From Nitrospirota bacterium (lineage in GTDB: Bacteria > Nitrospirota > UBA9217): a DNA stretch of 64,000 nucleotides. Made by a program: the position numbers and the translations under genes. The number at the start of each line of letters is the position of its first letter. Position 1 is the stretch's first letter. Where the stretch lies: assembly GCA_963818475.1 (NCBI GenBank), contig CAWFSF010000005.1:672001-736000 (forward strand). Direction: 5' to 3'. The notes under the pieces are model-generated. The model saw only the letters and a program-made list of their open reading frames with translations. It ran no database searches and was not told where the DNA came from. This document shows, in pieces, positions 50,898 to 59,408 of the stretch.

Positions 50898-52303
50898 TGC
50901 ATCGAAACCTCGGAGCGCGCTAGAGAGAGATCAGACTCAATTAAGACTGGTACGGGAATGGGGTGTTTTCGCCAAGACGACACCTTAAAATGGATCCCGT
51001 ACTCTATTAGATCAGATATCTCGGCAGCATCAAAATTAAAGACATCTCCGGAGTACTTTGTGTTTGGCTGAAACAGAAGTATGCCTATCTGCATGTAATA
51101 AGTATCCGCCTGCAATGGCAAAGAAAATATCATTTCCGCAATAACATATTGGTCGCCGTCGAATCGTTGCATCTTGTCAAATTTTGAATCTCGTATGACC
51201 GCCACTGGACTGCCGCACTTATCTTTGACTACCAATCCGATATGTATGTCGGCACGGATGGTCTGGTGAGACCGCAATAGAATGCATGCTTTAATTATTT
51301 GAGTTGGGTCGACAACATCGACAGGTATGCCTTCCTGGTTTAATAGCGCGAAAGAAAGGATTGATACCCGACCGGTGCCGCGCCGATCCTTATTTGCCCG
51401 TTCATAGAAACTAGCCTGTTCGCTCTGCAGGGTATTCAAAACCATTCCCAAAACGGTCTTTGGAAAATATTGGGTGACCTTTGGAAAGGTGTTCAGCGTA
51501 CTAATTGTTTCCCTTTCGTTGGCTGAAGCATGGCTTCTTTTTAAAATATCTCTTTGATAAAGAGCAGCCATCTCCATCACGTTGCCAAATCCAGCCAATG
51601 TCCCTGTGCTTAGGTAAATCGCACGGTCGCAAAATGACCTTACAGATACGATATCATGAGAGACGAACAAAATCGTTGTTCCTGATGCTTTTAGCTTGTT
51701 CATTCGCGCGAAGCAGCGTGTCTGAAATTCCGCATCCCCAACGGCCAACGCCTCATCTATCACCAGGATATCGGGGTCAATCTGCGACTGCACTGCAAAG
51801 GCCAAACGCACTATCATGCCGCTGGAGTAGGTTTTTACCTGCTGCTCGATGAACTGGCCAATATCGGCAAATGCGGCGATGTCGTCAAACCGTTTATCAA
51901 CTTCTTCCTTGCTCAAACCCAGCACAGCAGCGTTCATATAAACGTTTTCACGCCCCGTGAACTCAGGATTGAAGCCGGAGCCGAGTTCCAATAGTGCTGT
52001 TATGCGGCCTTTGGTTTCCACTATTCCACTGGTGGGCGAAAGCGTGCCGCATATAATTTGCAGCAAGGTGGATTTTCCCGACCCATTGCGCCCAATGATG
52101 CCGACGGTCTCCCCTTTTTTTACTTCGAACGATACATCGTTGAGCGCCCAAAATTCGCGGAAATACTGTTTTGGCGACGCTTTGCCGGCGAGCCGCTGCA
52201 TTCGCGGCACAACAAACTGCTTGAGCCGGTCGCGCGGATTGTCATAGATCTGATAGCACTTGCTCAGGTTGCTGACACGGATGGCGATATCTTTAGAGGA
52301 CAT
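50894..52303 (-). CDS. wzt: polysaccharide ABC transporter ATPase with C-terminal Wzt_C domain
   Basis: GRNGSGKST, YSSGM, IDEALAVGD; ~170-aa C-terminal extension. Confidence 0.92.
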   Translation of the reverse strand: MSSKDIAIRVSNLSKCYQIYDNPRDRLKQFVVPRMQRLAGKASPKQYFREFWALNDVSFEVKKGETVGIIGRNGSGKSTLLQIICGTLSPTSGIVETKGRITALLELGSGFNPEFTGRENVYMNAAVLGLSKEEVDKRFDDIAAFADIGQFIEQQVKTYSSGMIVRLAFAVQSQIDPDILVIDEALAVGDAEFQTRCFARMNKLKASGTTILFVSHDIVSVRSFCDRAIYLSTGTLAGFGNVMEMAALYQRDILKRSHASANERETISTLNTFPKVTQYFPKTVLGMVLNTLQSEQASFYERANKDRRGTGRVSILSFALLNQEGIPVDVVDPTQIIKACILLRSHQTIRADIHIGLVVKDKCGSPVAVIRDSKFDKMQRFDGDQYVIAEMIFSLPLQADTYYMQIGILLFQPNTKYSGDVFNFDAAEISDLIEYGIHFKVSSWRKHPIPVPVLIESDLSLARSEVSMQ

Positions 52304-53126
52304 CAGCGAATCCTTTTCTCGTTTTTTGAAACCATGCAAATCCCAGCCATGCCACACCAAGCGCCGCCAGCAAATAAAGTCCCAAGCCAATCCAATTGGG
52401 CAGTCGTCCCCAGATAAGCACTTCCCGAGCCTGTTCGATGATGAACGTCAAGGGATTGGCCATGATCCACGAGCGGTATTGTTCTGGCACTGCGGTAATG
52501 GGATAGAAAACCGGAGAGAGGAACATTAAGACGGTCGTGAGGATGCCGATGGTCTGGCCTACGTCGCGAATGAACACGCCGAGCGAGGCGAGCATCCAGG
52601 CAAATCCAAGGGTGGCAACGATAAGAGGGAAAAGGACAAGCGGCGTAAGCAGGGCCGTCCATTGGACATAACCATTGAACAGGACAAAAGCGGCCAACAG
52701 AACCACCAGGCTGATCAAACTGTGAAAGAGCGCCGCGCCCAGGGAAATGACCGGCAGGATCTCCAGCGGGAAAACGACTTTTTTAACGTAATTGACATTG
52801 CCCAGAATCAGGCCGGGGGCGCGGTTCAGCACTTCGGCAAACAGGCCTTGCACGATCAAGCCCACGAAGAGCACAACGGCGAACTGTGTTCTGCTCTCAT
52901 TCCCTCCCACGCCGCCCCAGCGGGACTTGAACACCATGCTGAATACAAAGGTGTAAACCGTGAGCATGAATATCGGATTGAAGAACGACCATGCCAGGCC
53001 CATGACCGATCCTTTATAGCGGCCGACGACTTCACGTGTGGTCATTTGCGCGATAAGGCTGCGATTGTGCCAGAGGCTGCGCGCCAGTGCTGCAAGTGAG
53101 GCAGGTTGAGACGTATGCGGATTCAT
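52293..53126 (-). CDS. wzm: polysaccharide ABC transporter permease
   Basis: RYKGSVMGLAW, YVKKVVFP, RDVGQ, SPVFYP, FADVL. Confidence 0.92.
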   Translation of the reverse strand: MNPHTSQPASLAALARSLWHNRSLIAQMTTREVVGRYKGSVMGLAWSFFNPIFMLTVYTFVFSMVFKSRWGGVGGNESRTQFAVVLFVGLIVQGLFAEVLNRAPGLILGNVNYVKKVVFPLEILPVISLGAALFHSLISLVVLLAAFVLFNGYVQWTALLTPLVLFPLIVATLGFAWMLASLGVFIRDVGQTIGILTTVLMFLSPVFYPITAVPEQYRSWIMANPLTFIIEQAREVLIWGRLPNWIGLGLYLLAALGVAWLGFAWFQKTRKGFADVL

Positions 53127-53335
53127 GGCGGATTGTCCAGTTCCTATCTTTGAAACACTAACGGCCAGGTTAGAAAAATAGTCCTTGGTTTCTACTGTAC
53201 CGACTTGCGGGTCCTCCGTGTTCCACGGGCGCCAACAGGTGCGTTTATCTTGGAAGGTTACATGGCATTTCTTGCCTTATTCATAGTGAGATTACGAATT
53301 TGGCATAGTAGCATAACGGCCAAAGAACATCAATC

Positions 53336-53380
53336 CCCTAAAAATACCCCGGGCTTACTACGCTCAGGGTATTTTTAGGG
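53336..53380. repeat. long hairpin between divergent wzm and wbaP
   Basis: CCCTAAAAATACCC ... GGGTATTTTTAGGG (14-bp perfect stem). Confidence 0.65.
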
Positions 53381-53475
53381 TAGTGAATTGAAATGTGGCA
53401 CACTGAAAAAACAATTTAGTTGCCAAATGATCGATTGTACTTGCGTTTTATGACTTTTTATACTATCGTCCGGAG

Positions 53476-54978
53476 GTGATCAAGCGCATTCGTTTAAAAA
53501 TGTTTTCCTTCATTGAGGTCAGATTTTTGCTGACTGATAACGTCAGGAAAATCGCCAATTCAATCGCACTGCTTTTTATCGACCTTCTGGCATTTTATGC
53601 ATCGTTATTTGCGGCATTTTTAACCAGAAAGATACTGCCGTATTTTTTTCCTGCTGTTCAAGAGCTGCTTTTTTCTCTCAACTATTTCCTGAAGATCTGG
53701 TGGCTGGCCCTTCTCTTTCTTTTTTTTATCGCTTATGAGCGGCTGTATTTCGCTAAATACGCTTTCTGGGACGAGACGTACAAGCTCTTGAAGGCCGTTA
53801 CCTTCGCTATCCTCGGAATTCTTGCGCTCGTATCGCTCGGGAAAATAACAGACCAGGTTTCGCGGCTGACGGTCCTCTTGCTCTGGTTCTACGGACTTTT
53901 CTTCTTTCCGCTTTTCCGGCTGGCAGGCAAGCATGCGTTATACAGGAGCGGCCTATGGAAAGAGAATATCATCATTATCGGCGCCGGACATGCCGGGGTC
54001 GAGGCTGCAAAAGGGATCAGGTCTCAAGCCTATTTGGGATATAATCTCATCGGGTTTCTGGATGATGACGACGACAAGATCGGAACGCGTATCGAAATAA
54101 AAGGAACAGCCTATAAAGTCTTCGGCAGGACCAAGAACTTCAGAAAATTCATCCAAAAGCTGAGCGTGTCCACTATCATCATTGCCATCCCTTCTCTTCC
54201 TGCCGACCAATTGGCAAAACTGACGAACCATATTCAGAAGTTCGTCAGAAACATCCTGCTCATCCCTGACGTAAAAGGTATCGCGCTTGCCAATACCGAA
54301 CTGCAGCATCTTTTTGTGCAGCAGCTCTTTCTTTTGAAGATCAACAATAACCTCAAGTCAACGCCGAACCGGTTCATCAAAAGGACTTTTGATATGACCG
54401 TTTCTATTCTTTTCCTTCCCGTGCTTGTCCCCTTTATCGGCATACTGGGATTTCTGATCAAGCTCGACTCGCCAGGACCGGTCTTTTACCGGCATACGCG
54501 GGTCGGCCGCCACGGAGGCCCGTTCTCGATATGCAAGTTCCGAAGCATGCACTGCGATGCGGAGAAGCGCCTGGGCGAACTCCTGGATTCGGGCCGCGGC
54601 ACTCAGGAGGAGTGGGACACCTTTTACAAGCTGAAGGACGACCCACGAATAACCCGCATGGGAAAATTTCTCAGAATGACCTCGCTTGACGAACTTCCAC
54701 AGATATTCAACGTCCTGAAGGGAGAGATGAGCCTTGTCGGTCCCCGGCCCGTACTCCTGGAGGAAATAACGAAATACTACAAGGAACATGCGGATTACTA
54801 CCATCTGGTCCGCCCCGGGATCACCGGCTTGTGGCAGGTAAGCGGCAGAAATGACATTGATTATACGGTCCGGGTCAGGCTTGATTCATGGTATGTTCTG
54901 AACTGGTCGCTCTGGCTGGATATCGTGATGCTGTTCAAGACGATAGGTGTTGTGCTGAAGCGTGATGGTGCGTATTAA
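53476..54978 (+). CDS. wbaP: undecaprenyl-phosphate sugar phosphotransferase
   Basis: N-terminal TMs; KRTFD, KFRSM, DDPRIT, SLDELPQ, SLVGPRP, PGITGLWQVSGR. Confidence 0.9.
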   Translation: MIKRIRLKMFSFIEVRFLLTDNVRKIANSIALLFIDLLAFYASLFAAFLTRKILPYFFPAVQELLFSLNYFLKIWWLALLFLFFIAYERLYFAKYAFWDETYKLLKAVTFAILGILALVSLGKITDQVSRLTVLLLWFYGLFFFPLFRLAGKHALYRSGLWKENIIIIGAGHAGVEAAKGIRSQAYLGYNLIGFLDDDDDKIGTRIEIKGTAYKVFGRTKNFRKFIQKLSVSTIIIAIPSLPADQLAKLTNHIQKFVRNILLIPDVKGIALANTELQHLFVQQLFLLKINNNLKSTPNRFIKRTFDMTVSILFLPVLVPFIGILGFLIKLDSPGPVFYRHTRVGRHGGPFSICKFRSMHCDAEKRLGELLDSGRGTQEEWDTFYKLKDDPRITRMGKFLRMTSLDELPQIFNVLKGEMSLVGPRPVLLEEITKYYKEHADYYHLVRPGITGLWQVSGRNDIDYTVRVRLDSWYVLNWSLWLDIVMLFKTIGVVLKRDGAY

Positions 54979-54994
54979 CCGATAAACGGCATTA

Positions 54995-55124
54995 GCCACA
55001 TAAAGCACACAAGTCACACAGGTAAAACAAGAAGTTGAAACGATTTCAGTTTTCACCCAATCGGTGAAGTATTTCCAAAACGTATACTTGATTTTTATGT
55101 GATATTTTTGTGCATTTTGTGGCT
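54995..55124. repeat. periodic (9 bp) inverted-repeat element
   Basis: GCCACATAAAG-CACACAAGT-CACACAGG ... TTTTATGTG-ATATTTTTGTG-CATTTTGTGGCT. Confidence 0.65.
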
Positions 55125-55167
55125 CAACTGCTCTTTTTTGATTAACCCAGGATGCACGCGCCTTGCG

Positions 55168-56460
55168 TTATAGAGGTCGATGGGCTGAAACCAGGGAACT
55201 CCTGACGCACACACCCATAATGAACACGAATGCATAACGCAGGATCTGAATATTAAAGAACGAATCCATACATCCCGCGATCATGAAATGCACCGCTGTT
55301 GCCGCAGCAAGAAACGAGAACAGCCGCTCCCCTTCATTCCCCTGCATGCGTGTTAAAGCAAACCCCAATATGCGATAAAAAACATAGCACAGCGCTGCCA
55401 GTCCCGCAAGCCCGTTCGTGGCCAGGGCAAAGAGATACATATTGTGCGGCTGGTTGAACTCAAGCAGAAAATCCGGAAATTGCCCTGCGGTTATATACGC
55501 GGTCATCGTCGGGCCATAACCGCCGGTCCCAACGCCCACCAGCGGATTGGACAGGAACATCTTGATCGCTGCTTTCCACATCAGGATCCGCATGCCGAGC
55601 GACGTCTCGGTTTTTCCCGCGACAAAAAGCGCGATATCACTTGCCATAAAATCGATTCTCTCACGGACAAGCGGTAGGAAAAGGTAGGCGGCAACACCGG
55701 CCGCGACAGCTAGTACTACGGTGCCGAAAAAAACTCGCCTGTTCCTGAGCGCCAGAAAGACCATGATCGCCGAAGTCAATGCGATGCCGAACCATGCTGT
55801 CCGTGACAGGGAAAGCAGAATGCAGAAGAGTCCCAGCGCCACGGAAGAATACAGGAATATTCTGCCGCGCGTTGCCTTGCCCCATGGGGAAAACAGCAGC
55901 AACGAAGCCGCGGTATAGAGGCCAAGCGCATTGATATTCGAAAACCAGATATGATGCATATTCAGGGGAAACATCGGCGTGGAATACTTCCTGTTGCCGA
56001 TAATGCCGAGAAAGGTAGCAGCCCCGATCACGTTCAGGATCACGAGCCCGGCCAGAAAAGAGAGGAGAAGATATTCGGCGTTCCGGTTTCTCTGCCCCTC
56101 TCCGTATAAGGAGGGGACCAGGACCGACACCAGCAGGTAAATAGCGGGCAGGCTGAAAAACTTTTTTGCGATGAAAAATCCGTCAGCATAATGCTCCGTA
56201 AAGAAAATGCCGGCGACGGCAACGAGAAAATAGAGGGAAAAAACCGGCGTCAAAGGCTGTCTGATGTTGGAAGCAATAGCCTTTTTCAAATCTCCATCCA
56301 GTAAATAACCTGCAACTCCGACCACGCAGATCAGGAACAGAAGCACGTTCCCCGCGCTTTTTGAAAGCGGCAGGGTAAAACCGAATAGCAACAGGCATGC
56401 CGCCAGCACAGCGTAATATCGGGATCGGTACGTCGCCTGAGAGATCATAATCCTCTGCAC
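55168..56460 (-). CDS. waaL: O-antigen ligase family protein
   Basis: Multi-TM; SRTAW, SLGMRILMW, GVGTG, HNMY. Confidence 0.85.
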   Translation of the reverse strand: MQRIMISQATYRSRYYAVLAACLLLFGFTLPLSKSAGNVLLFLICVVGVAGYLLDGDLKKAIASNIRQPLTPVFSLYFLVAVAGIFFTEHYADGFFIAKKFFSLPAIYLLVSVLVPSLYGEGQRNRNAEYLLLSFLAGLVILNVIGAATFLGIIGNRKYSTPMFPLNMHHIWFSNINALGLYTAASLLLFSPWGKATRGRIFLYSSVALGLFCILLSLSRTAWFGIALTSAIMVFLALRNRRVFFGTVVLAVAAGVAAYLFLPLVRERIDFMASDIALFVAGKTETSLGMRILMWKAAIKMFLSNPLVGVGTGGYGPTMTAYITAGQFPDFLLEFNQPHNMYLFALATNGLAGLAALCYVFYRILGFALTRMQGNEGERLFSFLAAATAVHFMIAGCMDSFFNIQILRYAFVFIMGVCVRSSLVSAHRPL

Positions 56461-56743
56461 ATAATGCCGTTCTTTCTGTAGCGCCGCGAGAAGGCCAGCC
56501 TGCAGCCAAGCTCATTGGACGTGGTGTTTATGCTCCACGATAGCAGGAGCAGACTCGACACAATGTCTCTACCGCATGACCTGCAAATATAATTGCCCGG
56601 CAGTATAAATATAATTTTACGCAATGTACACAAAAAAAATCGCGGTAATTTAACAATCGATCAACTTATTTTGATTTACCAAGCACGGTACTAAAATAGT
56701 ACCCCCGTTTACCCCTGGGCAGTGCCTCTTACGCCAGTCTGCA

Positions 56744-56772
56744 TTGACATCCTCCGGCTCAAGTGCTAGCTT
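56744..56772 (+). promoter_or_regulatory. sigma70-like promoter
   Basis: TTGACA-N17-TAGCTT with extended TG. Confidence 0.55.
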
Positions 56773-56840
56773 TTATTCAATAGAGACCATTAGAGTCCTG
56801 TTTTTTGGCTTTCGGAAAGGAGATACCAAAGGAGGATGCC

Positions 56841-57734
56841 ATGTATACCATTTTGGGCGCCACGGGGAACGTCGGCAGAAAGATCGTCGAGACCATTGTG
56901 GCGAAGAGAGAAAAAGTACGGATGGTTGCCCGGTCAGGAGACCGGCTGCGGCCGCTCGTGGGGAAGCATGCGGAAGCCTTTGCCGGGGATCTCCTGAACG
57001 CGGAATTTCTCACCCAGGCTTTCACCGGAGCTGACGCCGTGTTCACGCTGATCCCGCCGAACTACAAAGCCGAGAACTTCCTGTCCTATGCCGACAAGGC
57101 GGGAGAGAGCATTGCACGCGCGCTGCAGGCTGCGAAGGTCACCCAGGTGGTCAACCTGTCCAGCGTCGGTGCAGAGCTGCCCTCCGGCACCGGGCCGGTC
57201 ACGGGGCTGCACAGGCAGGAAGAACGGCTGAACCGGATCACGGGGCTCAACGTCCTTCACCTGCGCGCGGCATACTTCATGGAGAACCTGCTTGCGGGTA
57301 TCGAGCTGATCAAAACCAGGGGAATCAACGGCGGCGCGGTCCGGGGCGACCTCAGGATGCCGATGATCGCAACCAGGGACATTGCTGCATTCGCCGCCGA
57401 ACGTCTTATGAAACGCGACAGTAGTGGTACGTCGGTCGCCTACCTGCTCGGCCCGCGCGACCTCACGTTTGCCGAGGCAACGGTGACCATCGGCATCAAG
57501 ATCGGCCTGCCCAATCTGCAGTACGTCACGTTCTCCTATGCTGAAGCAGAGAAGGGGCTCATTGCCGCAGGGTTATCGCCTGACATGAGCAGGCTTTATG
57601 TCGAGATGAGCCGGGCTTTTAATGAGGGACGCATCATGGTGAAACGGGAGGATGGAATCTCCACGCCGACCACGCTTGACGAGTTCTGCGCCACGGTCTT
57701 TATCCCGGCCTATACACAGAAGAAAGCGGCGTAA
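56841..57734 (+). CDS. NmrA-like NAD(P)-binding protein
   Basis: ILGATGNVG, LSSVGA, LRAAYFMEN, IATRDIA. Confidence 0.85.
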   Translation: MYTILGATGNVGRKIVETIVAKREKVRMVARSGDRLRPLVGKHAEAFAGDLLNAEFLTQAFTGADAVFTLIPPNYKAENFLSYADKAGESIARALQAAKVTQVVNLSSVGAELPSGTGPVTGLHRQEERLNRITGLNVLHLRAAYFMENLLAGIELIKTRGINGGAVRGDLRMPMIATRDIAAFAAERLMKRDSSGTSVAYLLGPRDLTFAEATVTIGIKIGLPNLQYVTFSYAEAEKGLIAAGLSPDMSRLYVEMSRAFNEGRIMVKREDGISTPTTLDEFCATVFIPAYTQKKAA

Positions 57735-57752
57735 ATAAATACGGTCGGCTGG

Positions 57753-59261
57753 TCACCGCGGTAGCGTGAGCCGCAGCAGCTTTTCATGGCTTGCAAAAAC
57801 CTTGCGGAAGTGGTAGCCGTAGATCGAAAAGGTGATGGCGAGCGGGAAGAGCTGTGGTCGCCTGAACAGGGACCAGAAGAAGAGCTGCCAGTATTGTACG
57901 CGTTCTTTTCCGAGGATGCCGAGCCGGATGATGGATTTGAACCCGGCCATGATGTAATTGGCGGAGATCGAGTTCTTTCTCGTCTTGGCGGGCCGGTAGT
58001 CCTTGAGGAACATCCTGACCCGCGCATAGTACTGCTTCGGTGAGTAGATCGTCCTCAGCACATTGCGGTAGCCGTTCAGCAGCGCCTCGGAACTCATCTT
58101 CGGAATAAAGTTGATCGTGAAGTCGGTATTGTCTCCGGTTGGGGCCTTTACGAGCCTGCCTTCCGCTTTCAGGCGGCGGTAGAGCCTGGTGTCCTGAGGC
58201 GCGTTCAAGAGCCCCACCATGGCGGTCACGATGCCGCTCTCCTGGATGAACGATATCATCTGCTCGAAGATGGTTGCAGGATCATGGTCGAAGCCCACGA
58301 TGAAACCGGCCTGCACCTCGAGTCCCGCCCGCTGGATCTTCTTCACGCTCTCGATCAGGTCGCGGTTCCGGTTCTGGCGTTTGCCGCATTCTAGAAGGCT
58401 GTCCTCGTTCGGCGATTCGATGCCGATGAAAACCTGCTCGAACCCCGCAGCCACCATGAGCCGCATTAATTCTTCGTCGTCGGCAATGTTGATGGACACC
58501 TCGGTGAAGAGCGTGAACGGCCGCTGCCGCTTCTCCATCCATGCAACGATCGCCGGAAGGATATCCTGCTTGAGCTTCCCTTTGTTGCCGATGAAGTTGT
58601 CGTCCACGATGAACACTCCGCGCCGCCAACCGCTCTGATAGAGGGCCTCCAGTTCGGCAAGGACCTGCTCACGGTCCTTTGTCCGCGGCGTTCGGCCGAA
58701 CAGGACCGTAATGTCGCAAAACTCGCAGTCAAAGGGGCATCCGCGTGAATATTGGATGTTCATGGTAGCATAGGCTTTCAGGTTCAGAAGGTCGATCCGG
58801 GGTGCAGGCGTGGCCGTCAAATCTGCCCATTGGGAGGACCGGTACAGATGCTTCGCCTGCCCCTTGCTCAGATCTTCAAGGAACATTGGGAGCGTGACCT
58901 CTGCCTCGTTCAGCACCAGATGGTCCACGTCGGAAAACTCCCCGGCATTCGCGGTAAATAAGGGGCCTCCCGCGATCACCTTGACACCAAGGGCCTTGCA
59001 GCGTGCGATCACGGAGCGTGCGGACTCCCGTTGGATCGACATGGCGCTGAGCAGCACATAGTCGGCAGAGCGAAGGTCCTTGTCCGTGAGGACTTCCACG
59101 TTCATGTCGACAAGACGCTGGTCCCACTCGGCAGGGAGCAGTGCAGCCACGGTCAGCAGACCGAGCGGCGGAAGGCTCGCCTTTTTGGAGATGAACTTGA
59201 GCGCGTAGGTAAAACTCCAGAACGTGGTGGGATACTTTGGATAGACAAGTAGGATGTTCAA
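57753..59261 (-). CDS. B12-binding radical SAM protein with DUF4070
   Basis: PPLGLLTVAA, RGCPFDCEFC, VDDNFIGN, GIES, GFIVGFD. Confidence 0.88.
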   Translation of the reverse strand: MNILLVYPKYPTTFWSFTYALKFISKKASLPPLGLLTVAALLPAEWDQRLVDMNVEVLTDKDLRSADYVLLSAMSIQRESARSVIARCKALGVKVIAGGPLFTANAGEFSDVDHLVLNEAEVTLPMFLEDLSKGQAKHLYRSSQWADLTATPAPRIDLLNLKAYATMNIQYSRGCPFDCEFCDITVLFGRTPRTKDREQVLAELEALYQSGWRRGVFIVDDNFIGNKGKLKQDILPAIVAWMEKRQRPFTLFTEVSINIADDEELMRLMVAAGFEQVFIGIESPNEDSLLECGKRQNRNRDLIESVKKIQRAGLEVQAGFIVGFDHDPATIFEQMISFIQESGIVTAMVGLLNAPQDTRLYRRLKAEGRLVKAPTGDNTDFTINFIPKMSSEALLNGYRNVLRTIYSPKQYYARVRMFLKDYRPAKTRKNSISANYIMAGFKSIIRLGILGKERVQYWQLFFWSLFRRPQLFPLAITFSIYGYHFRKVFASHEKLLRLTLPR

Positions 59262-59408
59262 GAACACCTCCAGATCCGGGATATATACGATAGAGTATAA
59301 GCCATCGGACTTCTGAGTGCCTCGCTGGTGTAAGAACAAAGTAGGAGAAACGTGGTTGTGCGTGTGTTTTTTCACGACGGGCGGACCAGCGGCGGACAAA
59401 AGGCGCTG

